Part shown: positions 43,479 to 60,158 of the stretch, one piece after another
Numbering within the stretch: position 1 is the stretch's first letter
Layout of the letters: every line of letters starts with the position of its first letter
NCBI GenBank assembly: GCA_964016885.1
Contig: OZ024746.1
Coordinates: 29,450,001 to 29,514,000 of the forward strand
DNA from: Eledone cirrhosa
Lineage: Eukaryota
Direction: 5' to 3'
Length of the DNA stretch: 64,000 bases
Made by a program: the position numbers and the translations under genes
Notes under the pieces: generated by a model
What the model was told of the DNA's origin: nothing
The model's database searches: none
What the model saw: the letters and a program-made list of their open reading frames with translations, nothing else

Positions 43479-43745
43479 GTAAAAGGCAATGAAATCTTAC
43501 TTCACCCGATTAAATTTATTATATATAGTGTGTCTGTGTGTTTGTTAGAGAGAACAGTAAAAAATATTTGGGATATTTTCACATTTCATTACTTTTGCTT
43601 CAATGAATATCGTTGAAGGTGTCGTGACGTCATGCCTTTTTGCAAGCTTCAAAGAAGCTTTGAACTGCCTCTAGATTTTACGATAAGATTTAAGGTTCTT
43701 GAAAAAGTTTCGTTCATGCGTGGTTTTCTGCGTTAAGTACTGCAT

Positions 43746-43851
<106 letters not shown>

Positions 43852-43861
43852 ATAAATATAT

Positions 43862-44298
43862 ATGTAAAAGTTTTATTTAAATTGTTGGGATACAACAAGC
43901 AAATATTTTTATAACTCATATAAAGCACTCAACAAATATTTGGAGTAAAAATACGATATTAACAAATGGAAACTATATTTATAAAACCATATTTATTTCA
44001 TTATACATATTTCAAGGACACCAAGTTAAATTATGGTGTGCTTTCATCAGATAAAATATAATATAGATCAGATTTATAAATAAATATTGACATACCCTTA
44101 AAGAATGCAACCATTGTCCGGGAGCTTCCAGCAGCAATGGTTGCATTCTTTAAGGGTATGTCAATATTTATTTATAAAACTGATCTATATTATATTTTCT
44201 CTGATGAAAGCACACCATAATTTAACTTGATGTCCTTGAAATATGTATAATGAAATAAATATGGTTTTATAAATATAGTTTCCATTTGTTAATATCGT
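43862..44298. mobile_element. Family G fold-back element with hammerheads at 43995-44057 (-) and 44194-44256 (+)
   Basis: ~350-bp palindrome centred at ~44125; attttat-CTGATGA-aag..ctt-GAAA-T-ATGT-A-TA-atgaaat. Confidence 0.85.
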
Positions 44299-44320
44299 AT
44301 AAATATATATATATAAAGAA

Positions 44321-44351
<31 letters not shown>

Positions 44352-44358
44352 TATATAT

Positions 44359-44447
<89 letters not shown>

Positions 44448-44451
44448 GTAT

Positions 44452-44500
<49 letters not shown>

Positions 44501-45927
44501 TTCATCTATAGCAAGGAAATATACATCACCCTTATGCCACACAACTGCGTTACCGTTACACTAAGAGGGACTGACTGTTTATTTGTCAATGTTAAGCCTT
44601 GTTTATCAGCCAGGAAATGTCAACAAATAAACTATCGTAATCTAACATACTTTCAAAATTTATATTTGCTCAATACTTCGTATATCGAATGCCAGCGCAG
44701 GCCATAAGACAGTTGGTGTTCGGAAGGACACCCAGTTGTAGAAATCATGTCAAACAGCCTTGTATGAATGAGATGTAGTCATCTGACCGTCTAGTTGCAG
44801 GCTGTGGCAACTTTTTAACCCTTACACAAATGGAAAATTAATGTAAAACAGTGATGATAATTTGGTTGTGTGATTACAGATAGCGGAAGAATATGTGGAT
44901 AATTTAGTAGACTATTGCTGATCTTATGTCAAATTAAATCTTAGAAAACATCAAATGACCGTGTGTCTGGTGTGTTTTTATGTGTGTGAGTTTGTGTAGG
45001 TGTCTGTATGTGCGCGAAGACTCGCGGTTTGTTAGTTAAGATGTTCGACTCGACATCATAAGGGCATGTGTATGATTCACAACAGCATATTGTATCCTTG
45101 GGCAAGATATTTTACTTCACATAAGTCTAGTCCACTTAACTAGAAAAGAAAAAATATTGGACCTGAAATTTAAAGTTCCAGCCTTGACAAACACTGTACA
45201 ACGCTGTGAAATAGTGCAGCCACTTACGTGTTAAATTGACGAACAGCATGTTACTTTGATCAAGTAACAATAACACACGTCATTGTAAGCGACGGAGATC
45301 CCAAAACAAATTAAGCGATACATAGGGACCGAAACAACACGTACCATACTTTAATATGTATTAAGCTCGATATAATCAAAGAAAACATTGAAGGTTGTTA
45401 CCCAACATAACTGAAGACCAACGCGAAAAAAAAACTAGTTAAAAAGAATAAAAGAATGAAAGAATACTGTGGAAAACAATAATTGTTTCTACTTTAGGCA
45501 CAAGGCCTGCAATTACCCCAGTGCATGATCCGTAATTGTAATACAATAACATTAAATATGTTCCCTTATAGAAATTATCATTTCGTTCCGTTTATTCCGA
45601 ACATACTCATTATTTCACTATTAATATTTCATTGTGTAAGACGGAAAGTAAGGCATTGTTCGGCAAATCACCATACTGATCACATACACACACAAACACA
45701 CACACAAACGCACACAGACACACACACACACATACACACACAGACACACACACACTCACACACAAATACATACACACATTCACTTTCTCCTTTACTCTGC
45801 CGCCCTTCTCTTTGACACACTGAGATGTATATTTGTGTATGAATATAAATATATTTGCACAAGTATAAATAATATATATATAACCATATAACTCTACGTG
45901 AAAAAGGATATAAGAATAAGTCTACAA

Positions 45928-46000
<73 letters not shown>

Positions 46001-46141
46001 ACATATATATATAGGCTTGCATATTTATTCTGATACATACATATATGTATATATGTATATTTATATACATATAATATAAATACATATATATATATACATA
46101 TATATACATACATATATACATATATATACAAATATATATAT

Positions 46142-46223
<82 letters not shown>

Positions 46224-46587
46224 GTGTGTGTGAGAGAGAGAGAGAAGCACATCACAAAGAAAAATATATATTGGTGAAAATTGTATCACTGTAATAATAC
46301 AAAGCAATATATATAAGATACATCGCTTCAACGCTTTCATTGCTGAAAAAATTGAACCCGTTATACGAAGCAGTAATTTCCTTTGTGGAATTATAGAACT
46401 ACATGGAGGAAAGACAATGTGATTTATTGAAAAGCATATATGATTAAATTCGCTTCCATTTCCATCACCAATCACCACATATGTTACATACATCGAACCC
46501 GTTTCATGGTATTTCTCTCTTTTGGATCTTTGGTATTTTTGTTGGAATGTATGAGCTGTTTTCTGTATGTATGTGTGTGTGTGTGTG

Positions 46588-46657
<70 letters not shown>

Positions 46658-46661
<4 letters not shown>

Positions 46662-46784
46662 GAAGGAAATGTGGTAAGGAACCAGGTGGACCATAACGCA
46701 CCAAAGTACTCAATACTTAGGGTAGTAAAGTCCAAAATTAGCCGTCGAAACGGCTTGAGCTCAGCCGTCGGGGTCTTACTTGTT

Positions 46785-46863
<79 letters not shown>

Positions 46864-47239
46864 CAAAGAGGGTGTGGTAAGATAGCAGGAGGTCCATAAC
46901 ACACCAGAGGTACTCAATACTTAGGGTAGTAGAGTGGGTAGAAGGAAAAGAAAACTAGTTCGGATATAGCTGTCGAAACGGCCGAGGCAATACGACTTCT
47001 AATACACTAATGAATGCATGAGCATATATATATATATATATATATATATAACGAAGGAAATGTGGTAAGGAACCAGGTGGACCATAACGCACCAAAGTAC
47101 TCAATACTTGCGGTAGTAGAGTGGATAATAGGAACCAGTAAGACCCCGACAGCTGAGCTCAAGCCGTTTCGACGGCTAATTCTGGACCAGAATTAGCCGT
47201 CGAAACGGCTTGAGCTCAGCTGTCGGGGTCTTACTGGTT

Positions 47240-47242
<3 letters not shown>
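46658..47242. mobile_element. Two family-A fold-backs (46658-46787, 47049-47242) flanking a diverged sister element (46862-47023)
   Basis: Shared GTACTCAATACTTAGGGTAGTA and TAGCYGTCGAAACGGC motifs. Confidence 0.75.
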
Positions 47243-47308
<66 letters not shown>

Positions 47309-47767
47309 TTTAGTATATCAGAAGTCATATTGCAATTATGCATTGCTGCCAAACCCTAGAACTATCCACTAGTGATTGTCATGGATTACAGGTAATCGCT
47401 TGATTAATTCCATGACACATAGACAAGTGTATTAGAGCATTCTTCCAACAATATATTTCATACAAAATAGATTAGTCAGTATAACCTGTAGCAGAAACTG
47501 GTGGCTTAATGGCGATGGAACTCCTTAGGGCATGTACATCTGACTTCCAATTAGTTTGGCTGAGACAGATAAGTTTACCCGTTTCATTATGCATTCTGAT
47601 CAGAATAATTACCTATGCGTTTGCACATCTGTGTGTGTGCATATATATATATATGTATATATATACATATATATATATATGTATATGTATATATATATGT
47701 ATATATATATGTATGTATATATATATGTATATATATATGTATGTATATATATATGTATATATATATG

Positions 47768-47830
<63 letters not shown>

Positions 47831-47931
47831 TCATGCATTCATTAGTGTATTAGAAGTCATATTGCCTCGGCCGTTTCGACAGCTAAATCCAGTATGTATA
47901 TATATATATGTATATATATATATGTATATAT

Positions 47932-48018
<87 letters not shown>

Positions 48019-48066
48019 TGCTACTGTACGCCTGTATACATATATGTATGTATGTATACATACATA

Positions 48067-48136
<70 letters not shown>

Positions 48137-48221
48137 CATACATATATATATACATATATATATACATATATGTATATATACACATATATATTTACACACA
48201 CGCACATATATATACGTATGT

Positions 48222-48284
<63 letters not shown>

Positions 48285-48632
48285 CGCGCGTTTGTGTGTA
48301 TGTGTGTGTGAGTGTTAGTGTGTGTGTGCGTGCTCATGTGCGTGCTTATGTGTATGTATATATATTAATTTGCCGAGGGAAATAACTCTTGTGTGTGATT
48401 TACATATATGTATGAAGTCGTTATGGTATTACGTATGTAATATGTGTAGTGTATATAGTATACCTTATATAAGTTGTGTTGAAACAAGTAAGATTTTCCA
48501 AGGAATTATTTGATGACTCTCCCTCAAGGAAGGTGGTGTTATCTACTTAATACTAATCAAAGAGACATAGGCTATATGATCATTTGATTGTGTGTGTGTG
48601 TTACGTACGTACGTATGTATGATATGTAAGAT

Positions 48633-48820
48633 CGGTGGATTGGCAGTATCGGTGGAGGGTCGGACGCCATGCTTTCCAGCATAGTTACGTCCCTTTACGA
48701 TCTGAGTTCAAATCTCGCCGAGGTTGACTTTGCCTTTCATCCTTACGGGGTCGATAAAATAAAGTACCAGTAATGCACTGGGTAATTGCTGGCCTTGTGC
48801 CTAAAGTAGAAACAATTATT
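48633..48820 (+). mobile_element. SINE copy
   Basis: Matches 451-640. Confidence 0.85.
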
Positions 48821-49228
48821 GTATATATCTAAGTATTTATGTATGCATGCATACATATATATGCATATATGTATGTATGTAAGCATGAATGTATGTATTC
48901 ATGTATGAATGTATGCATGTATGCATGACTTTAGTTTATGAGATTGGTAACTAACTTATATGTAATTAATCTTTCAGTTCTCCCCCCCCCCCCTCCCGTA
49001 AGAAGAGACTCTACTATGACAACAACGATGCTGTTCGGATAAAAATAAAACATGTACAACTATAAGTTCTGTATGAGCATGGGTGTTATGAAATCAACTG
49101 AGGCCAGTGATGTTAGCGTATTATACCTCGTTTCTAAATTATATTGAAAGGTGGGCAGAAACGATGGTCGTCTATCCATAAGAAATTTCCACCCTCAACT
49201 AATTGAGATATCCGATAATATGTATGTG

Positions 49229-49576
49229 CAGTGGAACGTCGGTTCATGAATGGCTTGCACCACGAACAAATCGGTTCACGAACAATTTTTTCCGAGCGTA
49301 AATGGTCTCAGTTGACGACCGTCTCTCGAGTAGCGAACACGCAACCGGCAACAACAGTTTTTCGACGAGTTTGGTGTATCGGCGGGAAAGCGTCGCATGC
49401 TGTGTAGTTAGTTACTTTGGTGATATCTATTAGTCTTTCACACATCGTCTCTCTCTGCAAATTCTCTCTCACCATTTCGTATGGGAGAAATAGTTTCGTT
49501 TTACGAATATTTCGGGTGTCAAATGGCTTTCAGGAACGAAGGCCATTTTATAAAGGTATCGAGGTATACATCACTG
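49229..49576. mobile_element. Tigger/pogo-like MITE, decayed
   Basis: Left CAGTGGAACGTCGGTTCATGAA with subterminal CGGTTCACGAAC; right CGAGGTATACATCACTG. Confidence 0.55.
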
Positions 49577-50488
49577 AAGATACCAACATCGCAATTGATA
49601 TCTTAAATATCACAATTAAAATAAATACTTCTTATGTTTTACATACTGTAAACCCAATGATGTCGTTTTAATCCTTCATATCATTTAGCTAAATTAGCAG
49701 GAAACACAATATGTATTCGATTTCTGGCGAAAGGGCTTCTAACAATTACTACACCATCTTTTTTTGTAAATCTATGACTATATTTCTCAATGTTTCCTTC
49801 AAATTTTTAAGAATGCAAAATATGATTTGAGAGAGATTTGGCTGTTATGTTTAGACCGTTGCCCTGAAAGAGTAAATTCCCGTGTGTGAAGTATTCTTTT
49901 AATTCTAATGTGCTAAATATGGAAGTTATTTCATTGTGATGACAAGTGTTCATTTAGAAAGAATGAGAAATAAAAATATATTCATAGATTATAACAATGA
50001 AATTTGCACCCCTACATATTTACATTATGTCTATAGAAACTAACAATAGGACTGGAACAATCTTTAATAGCAAAGAAATAATGATTTCTTACAAAACATA
50101 TGTCATTATCGTTTCCTACATCAACACTTCCCTTTATCTAAAGGTTTGTTAACACGACTTTGTTAACACTGCATTAGTGGAAGCCAAACATATACTTTAG
50201 ATAACATTCTCATTGATTGAAACATGTGTAGATATTGTTTGTCAATTGAAACAACTGAAAATATCCAAACTGCTTGACATAATAATGTTAACAAGAAATA
50301 TATGAGGAGCCATATTATATTTATGTAGATTCTGTTCTAACAACATAAACAATCGACTGTGATGACATCGTTGTATTATCAAATAAACACACATATACAT
50401 AATTTAGCTTTCCTGGTGTCTCGCCATCTTTCTACCTCTCACACTCTCTCATACATACGCACACATTTGAATGTACACACACACACAC

Positions 50489-50567
<79 letters not shown>

Positions 50568-50708
50568 TATACTTATACATCTACATATACATATATATAA
50601 TTATATATATGTGCATACATATATATATATATAAAATATATATATATATGTGTGTGTGTGTTTGTATAGATATGTGAATCTTTGTATACATATTTCTGTG
50701 TATATATT

Positions 50709-50770
<62 letters not shown>

Positions 50771-50863
50771 AATAAAATGCATATATATATAAATATATAT
50801 ATATATACATGTATATAAGATGCACATATATATATATAATATATATATATATGTATGTATATG

Positions 50864-51001
50864 TCCTACTGCGGACTTTGTAATTTAGAACTATTCCATA
50901 TTTTAAGGTACGATAAGATGCTGCTTAACACCAAAATAGAAAGATCAATTTTCTGTAGGCATAAAATAGCTACCAGATTCACAAATTTCAAACCACCGTG
51001 A
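50864..51001 (+). pseudogene. Penelope-like (Naiad-type) GIY-YIG C-terminus, 5'-truncated next to (TA)n-like sequence
   Basis: [45 protein letters not shown], matching the recalled CxLCxxE..LLNxKxE..CRH end; followed by ~600 bp of non-coding sequence up to (TA)n. Confidence 0.72.
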
Positions 51002-52063
51002 TTCGAACCAGCAATCCCAAAATTAGAACTGAACCACCTGGATTTTAGCCTATGGAATACACACCATCACACTGTTATTAGCTGTCAAACGGCCAACTGG
51101 TCACTAGATCATAAATCTCTTAACATCTCTTTCACCCTCTTTCCCTGAAATAGCATCAACCCCTAGCCATTAAGACAAGACAATCAGCATAACATTTACC
51201 ACACACATTTGTCAAACCTCCCTTCACCATCCACCCCTAGCCCTTAAATCTCATACTTGTATCCCCCAATTAATCTCTAATTTATTGCTTTTTCTTTTTT
51301 CTTTTATCTGTCACTACATCAGACCCTCTACACGGATCTATGTATGTTTCGAATATGACTTTCCATGTTAGCACTAAATCCACCACAGCATCATTATAAG
51401 AAGAACACTTACTCACCACCACCACAAACATACTCTGTACTTACATGCTCTCACTTATCCTTATTTATTTCTTTATATTTTCCATTTTCTTATTTTCTTA
51501 CTTTTTAATGTATCTATTCTTATCTTTTACATTTTACTTTTTACATCTCTAACTTCTCTACCTATTTATCATATATATTTTATTATTGATGTTATTGTTT
51601 TGATTATACGCTACTCTTATATATATATATATCTTGCCTCGAGTGAATTATTTTTATATCTTCGTATTCTCATGTGTTGATCAGAGGTAAATAATGTAAT
51701 GGAGAACGAGTGACACAACTTCAAGCGATTAGCGACCTCTAGACTCACCTGGCCAATGAAACAATTGTCAATACTTGTACCCCTTGTTGTACAGCCAACC
51801 ATGTTATTCTTCATTCTTTCACTGTGTGCATAGTATATATGTATATACACACACATACATTTACCACCTTCAAAAGTGGCAAGAAGCAATGTAGTTGGCC
51901 GGGTACAGTGTATATAGCTTGCCCAACTCTTTTCCTTCTAACCAAGTAATAAACAGAAAGGTAGACGATTGTATAGCTTGTAACATATATATATTTGTTG
52001 CTCACAGCAACTCTTGCATATGACTTTGTGTCATGGGATTGTTCGGTTAGGATTTACCTGAGA

Positions 52064-52728
52064 TACAACAAAAACTGCGATCACTACAACAAAAATAGCA
52101 ACACCAACAACTACAGCAAAAACAGTAACCAATACAGCATTCACTACAAAAACAGCAATCACTACAACAAAAATAGCAACACCAACAACTACAGCAAAAA
52201 CAGTAACCACTACAGCATTCACTACAAAAACAGCAATCACTACAACAAAAATAGCAACACCAACAACTACAGCAAAAACAGTAACCACTACAGCATTCAC
52301 TACAAAAACAGCAATCACTACAACAAAAATAGCAACACCAACAACTACAGCAAAAACAGTAACCACTACAGCATTCACTACAAAAACAGCAATCACTACA
52401 ACAAAAATAGCAACACCAACAACTACAGCAAAAACAGTAACCACTACAGCATTCACTACAAAAACAGCAATCACTACAACAAAAATAGCAACACCAACAA
52501 CTACAGCAAAAACAGTAACCACTACAGCATTCACTACAAAAACAGCAATCACTACAACAAAAATAGCAACACCAACAACTACAGCAAAAACAGTAACCAC
52601 TACAGCATTCACTACAAAAACAGCAATCACTACTACAAAAACAGCATCATCAACAACTACAGCAAAAACAGTAACCACTACAGCATTCACTACAAAAACA
52701 GCAACAGCCACTACAAAAATAGCAACAG
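52064..52728. repeat. 78-bp minisatellite, ~8.5 near-identical copies
   Basis: AACAGCAATCACTAC recurs at 52151, 52229 and onward. Confidence 0.92.
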
Positions 52729-52849
52729 TTGACAATGCGCAAAAAAAATCACATCAAAAATGTCAACATCCACGACAAAAAAATCAGAGCCAGCAACAAG
52801 GACGACAACATAAATAACAAAACCAAACACAACAGAAACAGTCACAAGA

Positions 52850-54752
52850 AAACCACCACCAACAACTCTACCATCATCACTACATCATCACCACCAACAA
52901 CACCACCACCACCACCACCACTATACACCAACACCAACAACACCACTACCACTACCACCACTATACACCAACACCACCACCACCACCACCACCACCACTA
53001 TACACCAACACCAACACCACCACTAACCACCACCACCACCACTATACACCAACACCACCACCAACCACCACCACCACCACCACCACTATACACCAACACC
53101 ATCACCACCACCAACCACCACCACCACTATACACCAACACCACCACCACCACCACCACTATACACCAACACCAACACCAACCACCACCACCAACACCAAC
53201 ACCAACACCACCACCAACCACCACCACCACCACTATACACCAACATCAACACCACCACCAACCACCACCACCACCACCACTATACACCAACACCAACACC
53301 ACCACCAACCACCACCACCACCACCACCACTATACACCAACACCATCACCACCACCAACCACCACCACCACCACCACCACTATACACCAACACCATCACC
53401 ACCACCAACCACCACCACCACCACCACTATACACCAACACCATCACCACCACCAACCACCACCACCACTATACACCAACACCATCACCACCACCACCACC
53501 ACTATACACCAACACTAACACCACCACCAACCACCACCACCACCACTATACACCAACACCATCACCACCACCAACCACCACCACCACTATACACCAACAC
53601 CATCACCACCACCACCACCACCACTATACACCTACACCATCACCACCACCAACCACCACCACCACTATACACCAACACCAACACCACCACCAACCACCAC
53701 CACCACTATACACCAACACCACCACCACCACCACTATACACCAACACCAACACCACCACCAACCACCACCACCACCACTATACACCAACACCAACACCAC
53801 CACCAACCACCACCACCACTATACACCAACACCAACACCACCACCAACCACCACCATCACCACTATACACCAACACCAACACCACCACCAACCACCACCA
53901 CCACCACCACCACTATACACCAACACCAACACCACCACCAACCACCACCAACACCATCACCACCACCAACCACCACCACCACCACTATACACCAACACCA
54001 ACACCACCACCAACAACCACCACCACCACCACCACTATACACCAACACCACCACCAACCACCACCACCACTATACACCAACACCATCACCACCACCAACC
54101 ACCACCACCACCACTATACACCAACACCAACACCACCACCAACCACCACCACCACCACCACCACTATACACCAACACCAACACCACCACCAACCACCACC
54201 ACCACTATACACCAACACCAACACCACCACCAACCACCACCACCACCACTATACACCAACACCATCACCACCACCAACCACCACCACCACCACCACCACT
54301 ATACACCAACACCAACACCACCACCAACCACCACCACCACTATACACCAACACCACCACCACCACTATACACCAACACCAACACCACCACCAACCACCAC
54401 CACCACCACTATACACCAACACCATCACCACCACCAACCACCACCACCACTATACACCAACACCAACACCACCACCAACCACCACTGCCACTATACACCA
54501 ACACCACCACCACCAACCACCACCACCACTATACACCAACACCAACACCACCACCACCACCAACCACCACCACCACTATACACCAACACCAACACCACCA
54601 CCAACCACCACCACCACTATACACCAACACCACCACCACCAACCACCACCACCACTATACACCAACACCAACACCACCACCACCACCACCAACCACCACC
54701 ACCACTATACACCAACACCATCACCACCACCACAAACACCACCACCACCACC
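52850..54752. repeat. (CCA)n-based minisatellite punctuated by CTATACACCAACA
   Basis: Direct reading. Confidence 0.9.
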
Positions 54753-55316
54753 AGCAACAGGTTTCTAGTAGAGAGCAATGACAATTTAAAAGTTCAATAT
54801 TTGCTCCTCAATCTCTTGTAAGAAATCCCAACTCCTTTAATCTACTCGTACAATGCAATTTATAATTTACCTTCTACAAAAAATCCTGGCCAAGATAAAG
54901 GAATGAATATAACATGCGCAGATTCTTCTTCTTCTTCTACTTCTTCTTCTTTTTCTCCCCCTCCTCATCTCCCTCCTTCTCTTTCTTCTTCTTTACCCAT
55001 ACATTCTTAGGTGGGTCGTGTGGGGCTGGTGTGGGTTTGAGATGTGGGAGAGTGTCCTCAAGCGCGCCATCCATCGGATATTTCGATTATAATTAAATTG
55101 AACATTTTCTTGCTATTATGTGAGTTAAAACAAAATATAAGATGGAAGATTTCTTATTGTAAACCAGTGGAAGGTTAGAAGAAAAACAACCAAGTAAATC
55201 AAGTAGCGCAGAATCTGACTAGGTTTTTATTTCTCGTTTTTCACTGACATAAATCAACATTTAGATAACAGATTAATATAAAAAAATCTCATTTTGTCTC
55301 TAAATTCACACACGCA

Positions 55317-55405
<89 letters not shown>

Positions 55406-55409
55406 ACAT

Positions 55410-55461
<52 letters not shown>

Positions 55462-55516
55462 TTTACTTGTTTTATACATATATGTGTGTATATATATATA
55501 TTTGATTGTACGTATG

Positions 55517-55568
<52 letters not shown>

Positions 55569-55673
55569 TATATATTTATATATAACTTATATTGTGCAAG
55601 ATTTTTACTTATTTTTACACTCACACACACACATGTATATATATATACATACATATATACATATATATATATG

Positions 55674-55793
<120 letters not shown>

Positions 55794-55991
55794 GTGTGTG
55801 CGTGTGTGTATAAAATAAGTAAAAATCTTGCACAATATAAGTTATATATAAATATATACTTACACATATATATATATATATATATACATACATTATATAT
55901 ATATATATATAATATATATATATACATATATATAGATAGGTAGATAGATAGATAATAGATAGATAGATAGATAGAGAGATGTATGTGTATC

Positions 55992-56037
<46 letters not shown>

Positions 56038-56697
56038 TATTTATACACACTGAATTACTTATGTTTGTATAGATACGCTTATACATACATCTATACATTC
56101 AATGCTCCAAGCATGCATACAGATACGCACACAAGCATTCACACATACATACATGTTTACGTAGGCATACATGTTGCACACATTGTTGCACACATAACAC
56201 ACATAATCAGTCAATGAAAAAGTCAGACATTGTTCTTTCATCTTTAAGTTATCTAATATCCCTCTGCCTTCTACCCTCTCTCCCTTCTACCCTCTCTCCC
56301 TTCTACCCTCTTTCCCTCCTTCCTCTCCATTCTCTCCTCTCCCCCAAGCCTTCACTATTCTCCACTATCTCCCCTCTACTCTCTCTCTCTCTCACTCTCT
56401 CTCTCTCCTCATCCCTACTATCTATCCTCACCCTTCATACTCTCTTCTTTCATCTTTAAGTTATCTATTACCCCTCTCCCCTCCATACTCTACCCCCCCC
56501 CCCCACGATATGCCCCCCCCCCCCCCCCCCTCCCTCTCCATTGTCTCCCCATCATCCCTCGTCCCTCGTCCCTTCTCTCTGATATTTATATCTACATCAT
56601 TCACCCAGTAATACACAACTTGATATCAAGATAAGAGAATTGAGGAGAATTAGCGAAATTAATCATAGACAAAAATACTTAGAAAGAACTGAAGTAG

Positions 56698-56787
56698 TAT
56701 ATATATATATATATATATATATATGGATGTATATATATATATGGATGTGTATATATATATATATATATATATATGTAAGCATGTGTA

Positions 56788-56826
<39 letters not shown>

Positions 56827-56833
56827 GGATGTA

Positions 56834-56866
<33 letters not shown>

Positions 56867-56949
56867 GGATGTATGTGTGTGTGTATATATATATATATAT
56901 ATGTAAGCATGTGTATGTGTGTGTGTGTGTATATATATATATGGATGTA

Positions 56950-56984
<35 letters not shown>

Positions 56985-56995
56985 GTAAGTATGTG

Positions 56996-57041
<46 letters not shown>

Positions 57042-57085
57042 AGCATGTGTATGTGTGTATATATATATATATATATATGGATGTA

Positions 57086-57170
<85 letters not shown>

Positions 57171-57187
57171 GTAAGTAAGCATGTGTA

Positions 57188-57227
<40 letters not shown>

Positions 57228-57249
57228 CGTGTAAGTATGTGTATGTGTG

Positions 57250-57305
<56 letters not shown>
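56698..57305. repeat. Composite (TA)n/(GT)n minisatellite with GGATGT and GTAAGCAT punctuation
   Basis: Direct reading. Confidence 0.8.
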
Positions 57306-57306
<1 letters not shown>

Positions 57307-57477
57307 TGGCATTTATATATAATAGCGCTGTAAATTGGTTTACAACCACTACGGTATCTGCATGTATATTATGTAATTCATCAATCGTTGACAGTTGAAT
57401 GAGAAATCGATTGTAGAAAAGCTTCTCCTTTATCGATATCCTTGCCATTTGTTTTGAAAACATGTATATATATATGA

Positions 57478-57546
<69 letters not shown>

Positions 57547-57583
57547 TATATACATATATATATATATATATTTATATATATAC

Positions 57584-57869
<286 letters not shown>

Positions 57870-57970
57870 GCGTGCACAGAACCATACAGATTTGTGCATG
57901 CTTACATGACCACACGCATTGGCTCGCGAGCACGGACACATGCACGACATACAAAGCATGGGGATACTTC

Positions 57971-58007
<37 letters not shown>

Positions 58008-58045
58008 ATAGATAGATAGATAGCCACCACAATCCAGAAACATAT

Positions 58046-58882
58046 AATAATAGTTTCTACTTTTGGCACAAGGCCACCAATTACCCCAGTGAATTACTGT
58101 TGCCTTTATCTTATCGACCCTATAAGGATGAAAGGCGATTAACCTCGGCGGATTTGAACTCGGAACGTAAAGGGCCATAACTCTATGCTGTAAAGCATAG
58201 TGTCCGACGCTCTATCGATACTGCCAAACCACCGATACTGCCAGAAACATATAGTAATTGTTTCTACATTTGGCACAAGGCCAGCAAATATTCCAGTGCA
58301 TTACTGGTACTTTAATTTTTCGACCCTGTAAGGGTGAAAGGCAAAGTTAACCTTGACGGGATTTGAACTCAGACCGTAAAGGGACGTAACTATCCTAGAA
58401 AGTATGGCATCCAACCCTCTACCGTTACCGTTAATTCACCGCCCAGAAACGTATAATGGTAACCAGAAATAATGATTTAATAAAATAGAGAAGACACTAC
58501 TGGTGACAGCATACTATGTATGTGTGTTTTCCGTCCCCACAGGTATCTATTCCGTCCCCACAGGTATCTATGTGATTTCCGTCTACTATCGTACTTCAAC
58601 CGTCTTTATTCAATCATTATTGTCAACTATTATTATATTTACCCGGATATAATAATCGTTTCTACTTTTTGCACAAGGCCATGAATAAAGATGGTTTGGT
58701 GAATTGGCAGTATCGGTAGAGGGTCAGACATGCTTTCCAGCGTAGTTACGTCCCTTTACGATCTGAGTTCAAATCCCGCCGAGGTTAACTTTGCCTTTCA
58801 TCCTTACGGGGCCGATAAAATAAAGTACCAGTAATATACTGGTTAATTGCTGGCCTTGTGCCAAAAGTAGAAACAATTATTA
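58046..58882. mobile_element. Three SINE copies (58046-58232 -, 58255-58443 -, 58695-58882 +)
   Basis: Match to the SINE; CCAGAAACATATA-like sequence flanks the two tandem minus copies. Confidence 0.8.
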
Positions 58883-58959
58883 TATTTGCCCGGAAATGTG
58901 CCGCGGAGGAAACGTTCTGGATGCAAACCCCATGGTCAATCGTGACCGAAGAGGGCTTT

Positions 58960-59014
<55 letters not shown>

Positions 59015-59016
<2 letters not shown>

Positions 59017-60158
59017 GGTGGTGAGTTTTATTGTAGTACAATAAAGCAATGCAGATATCGGATAATAAGCACTCTACAGTTTGTAGGACTGGAGTATACA
59101 TAATATATAAGAACAAAAGATGGTTAAAAGTGTTCCATGTATTTTATTATGCGCATTTCAAAAACAAATATCATCATGCAATAATATTTGTGTTTTCATC
59201 AGATAAAACATGAAGACCTGATATGAAGGTTAAAAAACACTTGTGGACAGTTTTAAATCAACATATGAGAAGTAGTTTTAGATTGATGTGTGATATTGGG
59301 AAAAATATTTTATTTATTCTATAATACTTGTTAATCATTCTTCTCTTCTTCTTTTAATGTCTAACCCCTAATCTGTACCTTTTCTCACTCTTGCCTAACA
59401 TAGAATCAATTATTATATAATACAATACATTCTTACTCTATATCACCTTGTAAAAATCCTTCGTAAACATATACATTTTTTTGACGTTAGATTATTCATC
59501 CTCAATTCATTATTCTTTTCTCCCTTTCATCTAACTCATTCATCTCACAATATTTCCTTACTTAAATAACCTGTTGTTCCTTTTAATAATACATATCAAC
59601 ATCTTCTTAATATCGCACATATTATTAAACCCTTAAACATTATTCTCAATACATATTAACATTTTCTTTTTTCATCGCACATATTATCAAACCCCTCAAT
59701 ATACAAACCTTAACTTTACATTATTTTTCTCTTCGTTAATTTTCAAATTCTTTTAATTTATTCATTATCTTCCAACGGTTTTCAACCTCTCTATGTAAAA
59801 CAATATATCTTTCTCAGTTATAAAAGCTATCTCTCTCTATCTATCACCCATCTCTCCTCCTATCTCATCCTTCCTCATTATACTCCTCCCTCTCCACTTT
59901 TTACTCTCATCTCCTCTTTTTCATCCTTCCCCCCCCCCCCCCACTCTAAATAAAATATTTTTCCCAATATCACACATCAATCTAAAACTACTTCTCATAT
60001 GTTGATTTAAAACTGAACTATCCACAAGTGTTTTTTAACCTTCATATCATGTCTTCATGTTTTATCTGATGAAAACACAAATATTATTGCATGATGATAT
60101 TTGTTTTTGAAATGCGCATAATAAAATACATGGAACTCTTTTAACCATCTTTTGTTCT

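Noticed and set aside
52064-52728. Possible CRISPR-like array
   Set aside because: Identical tandem units with no unique spacers, no cas genes, eukaryotic context.
52729-54768. 679-aa His/Pro/Thr ORF (also ORFs at 31263-32458)
   Set aside because: (CCA)n satellite; motifs drift through all three frames.
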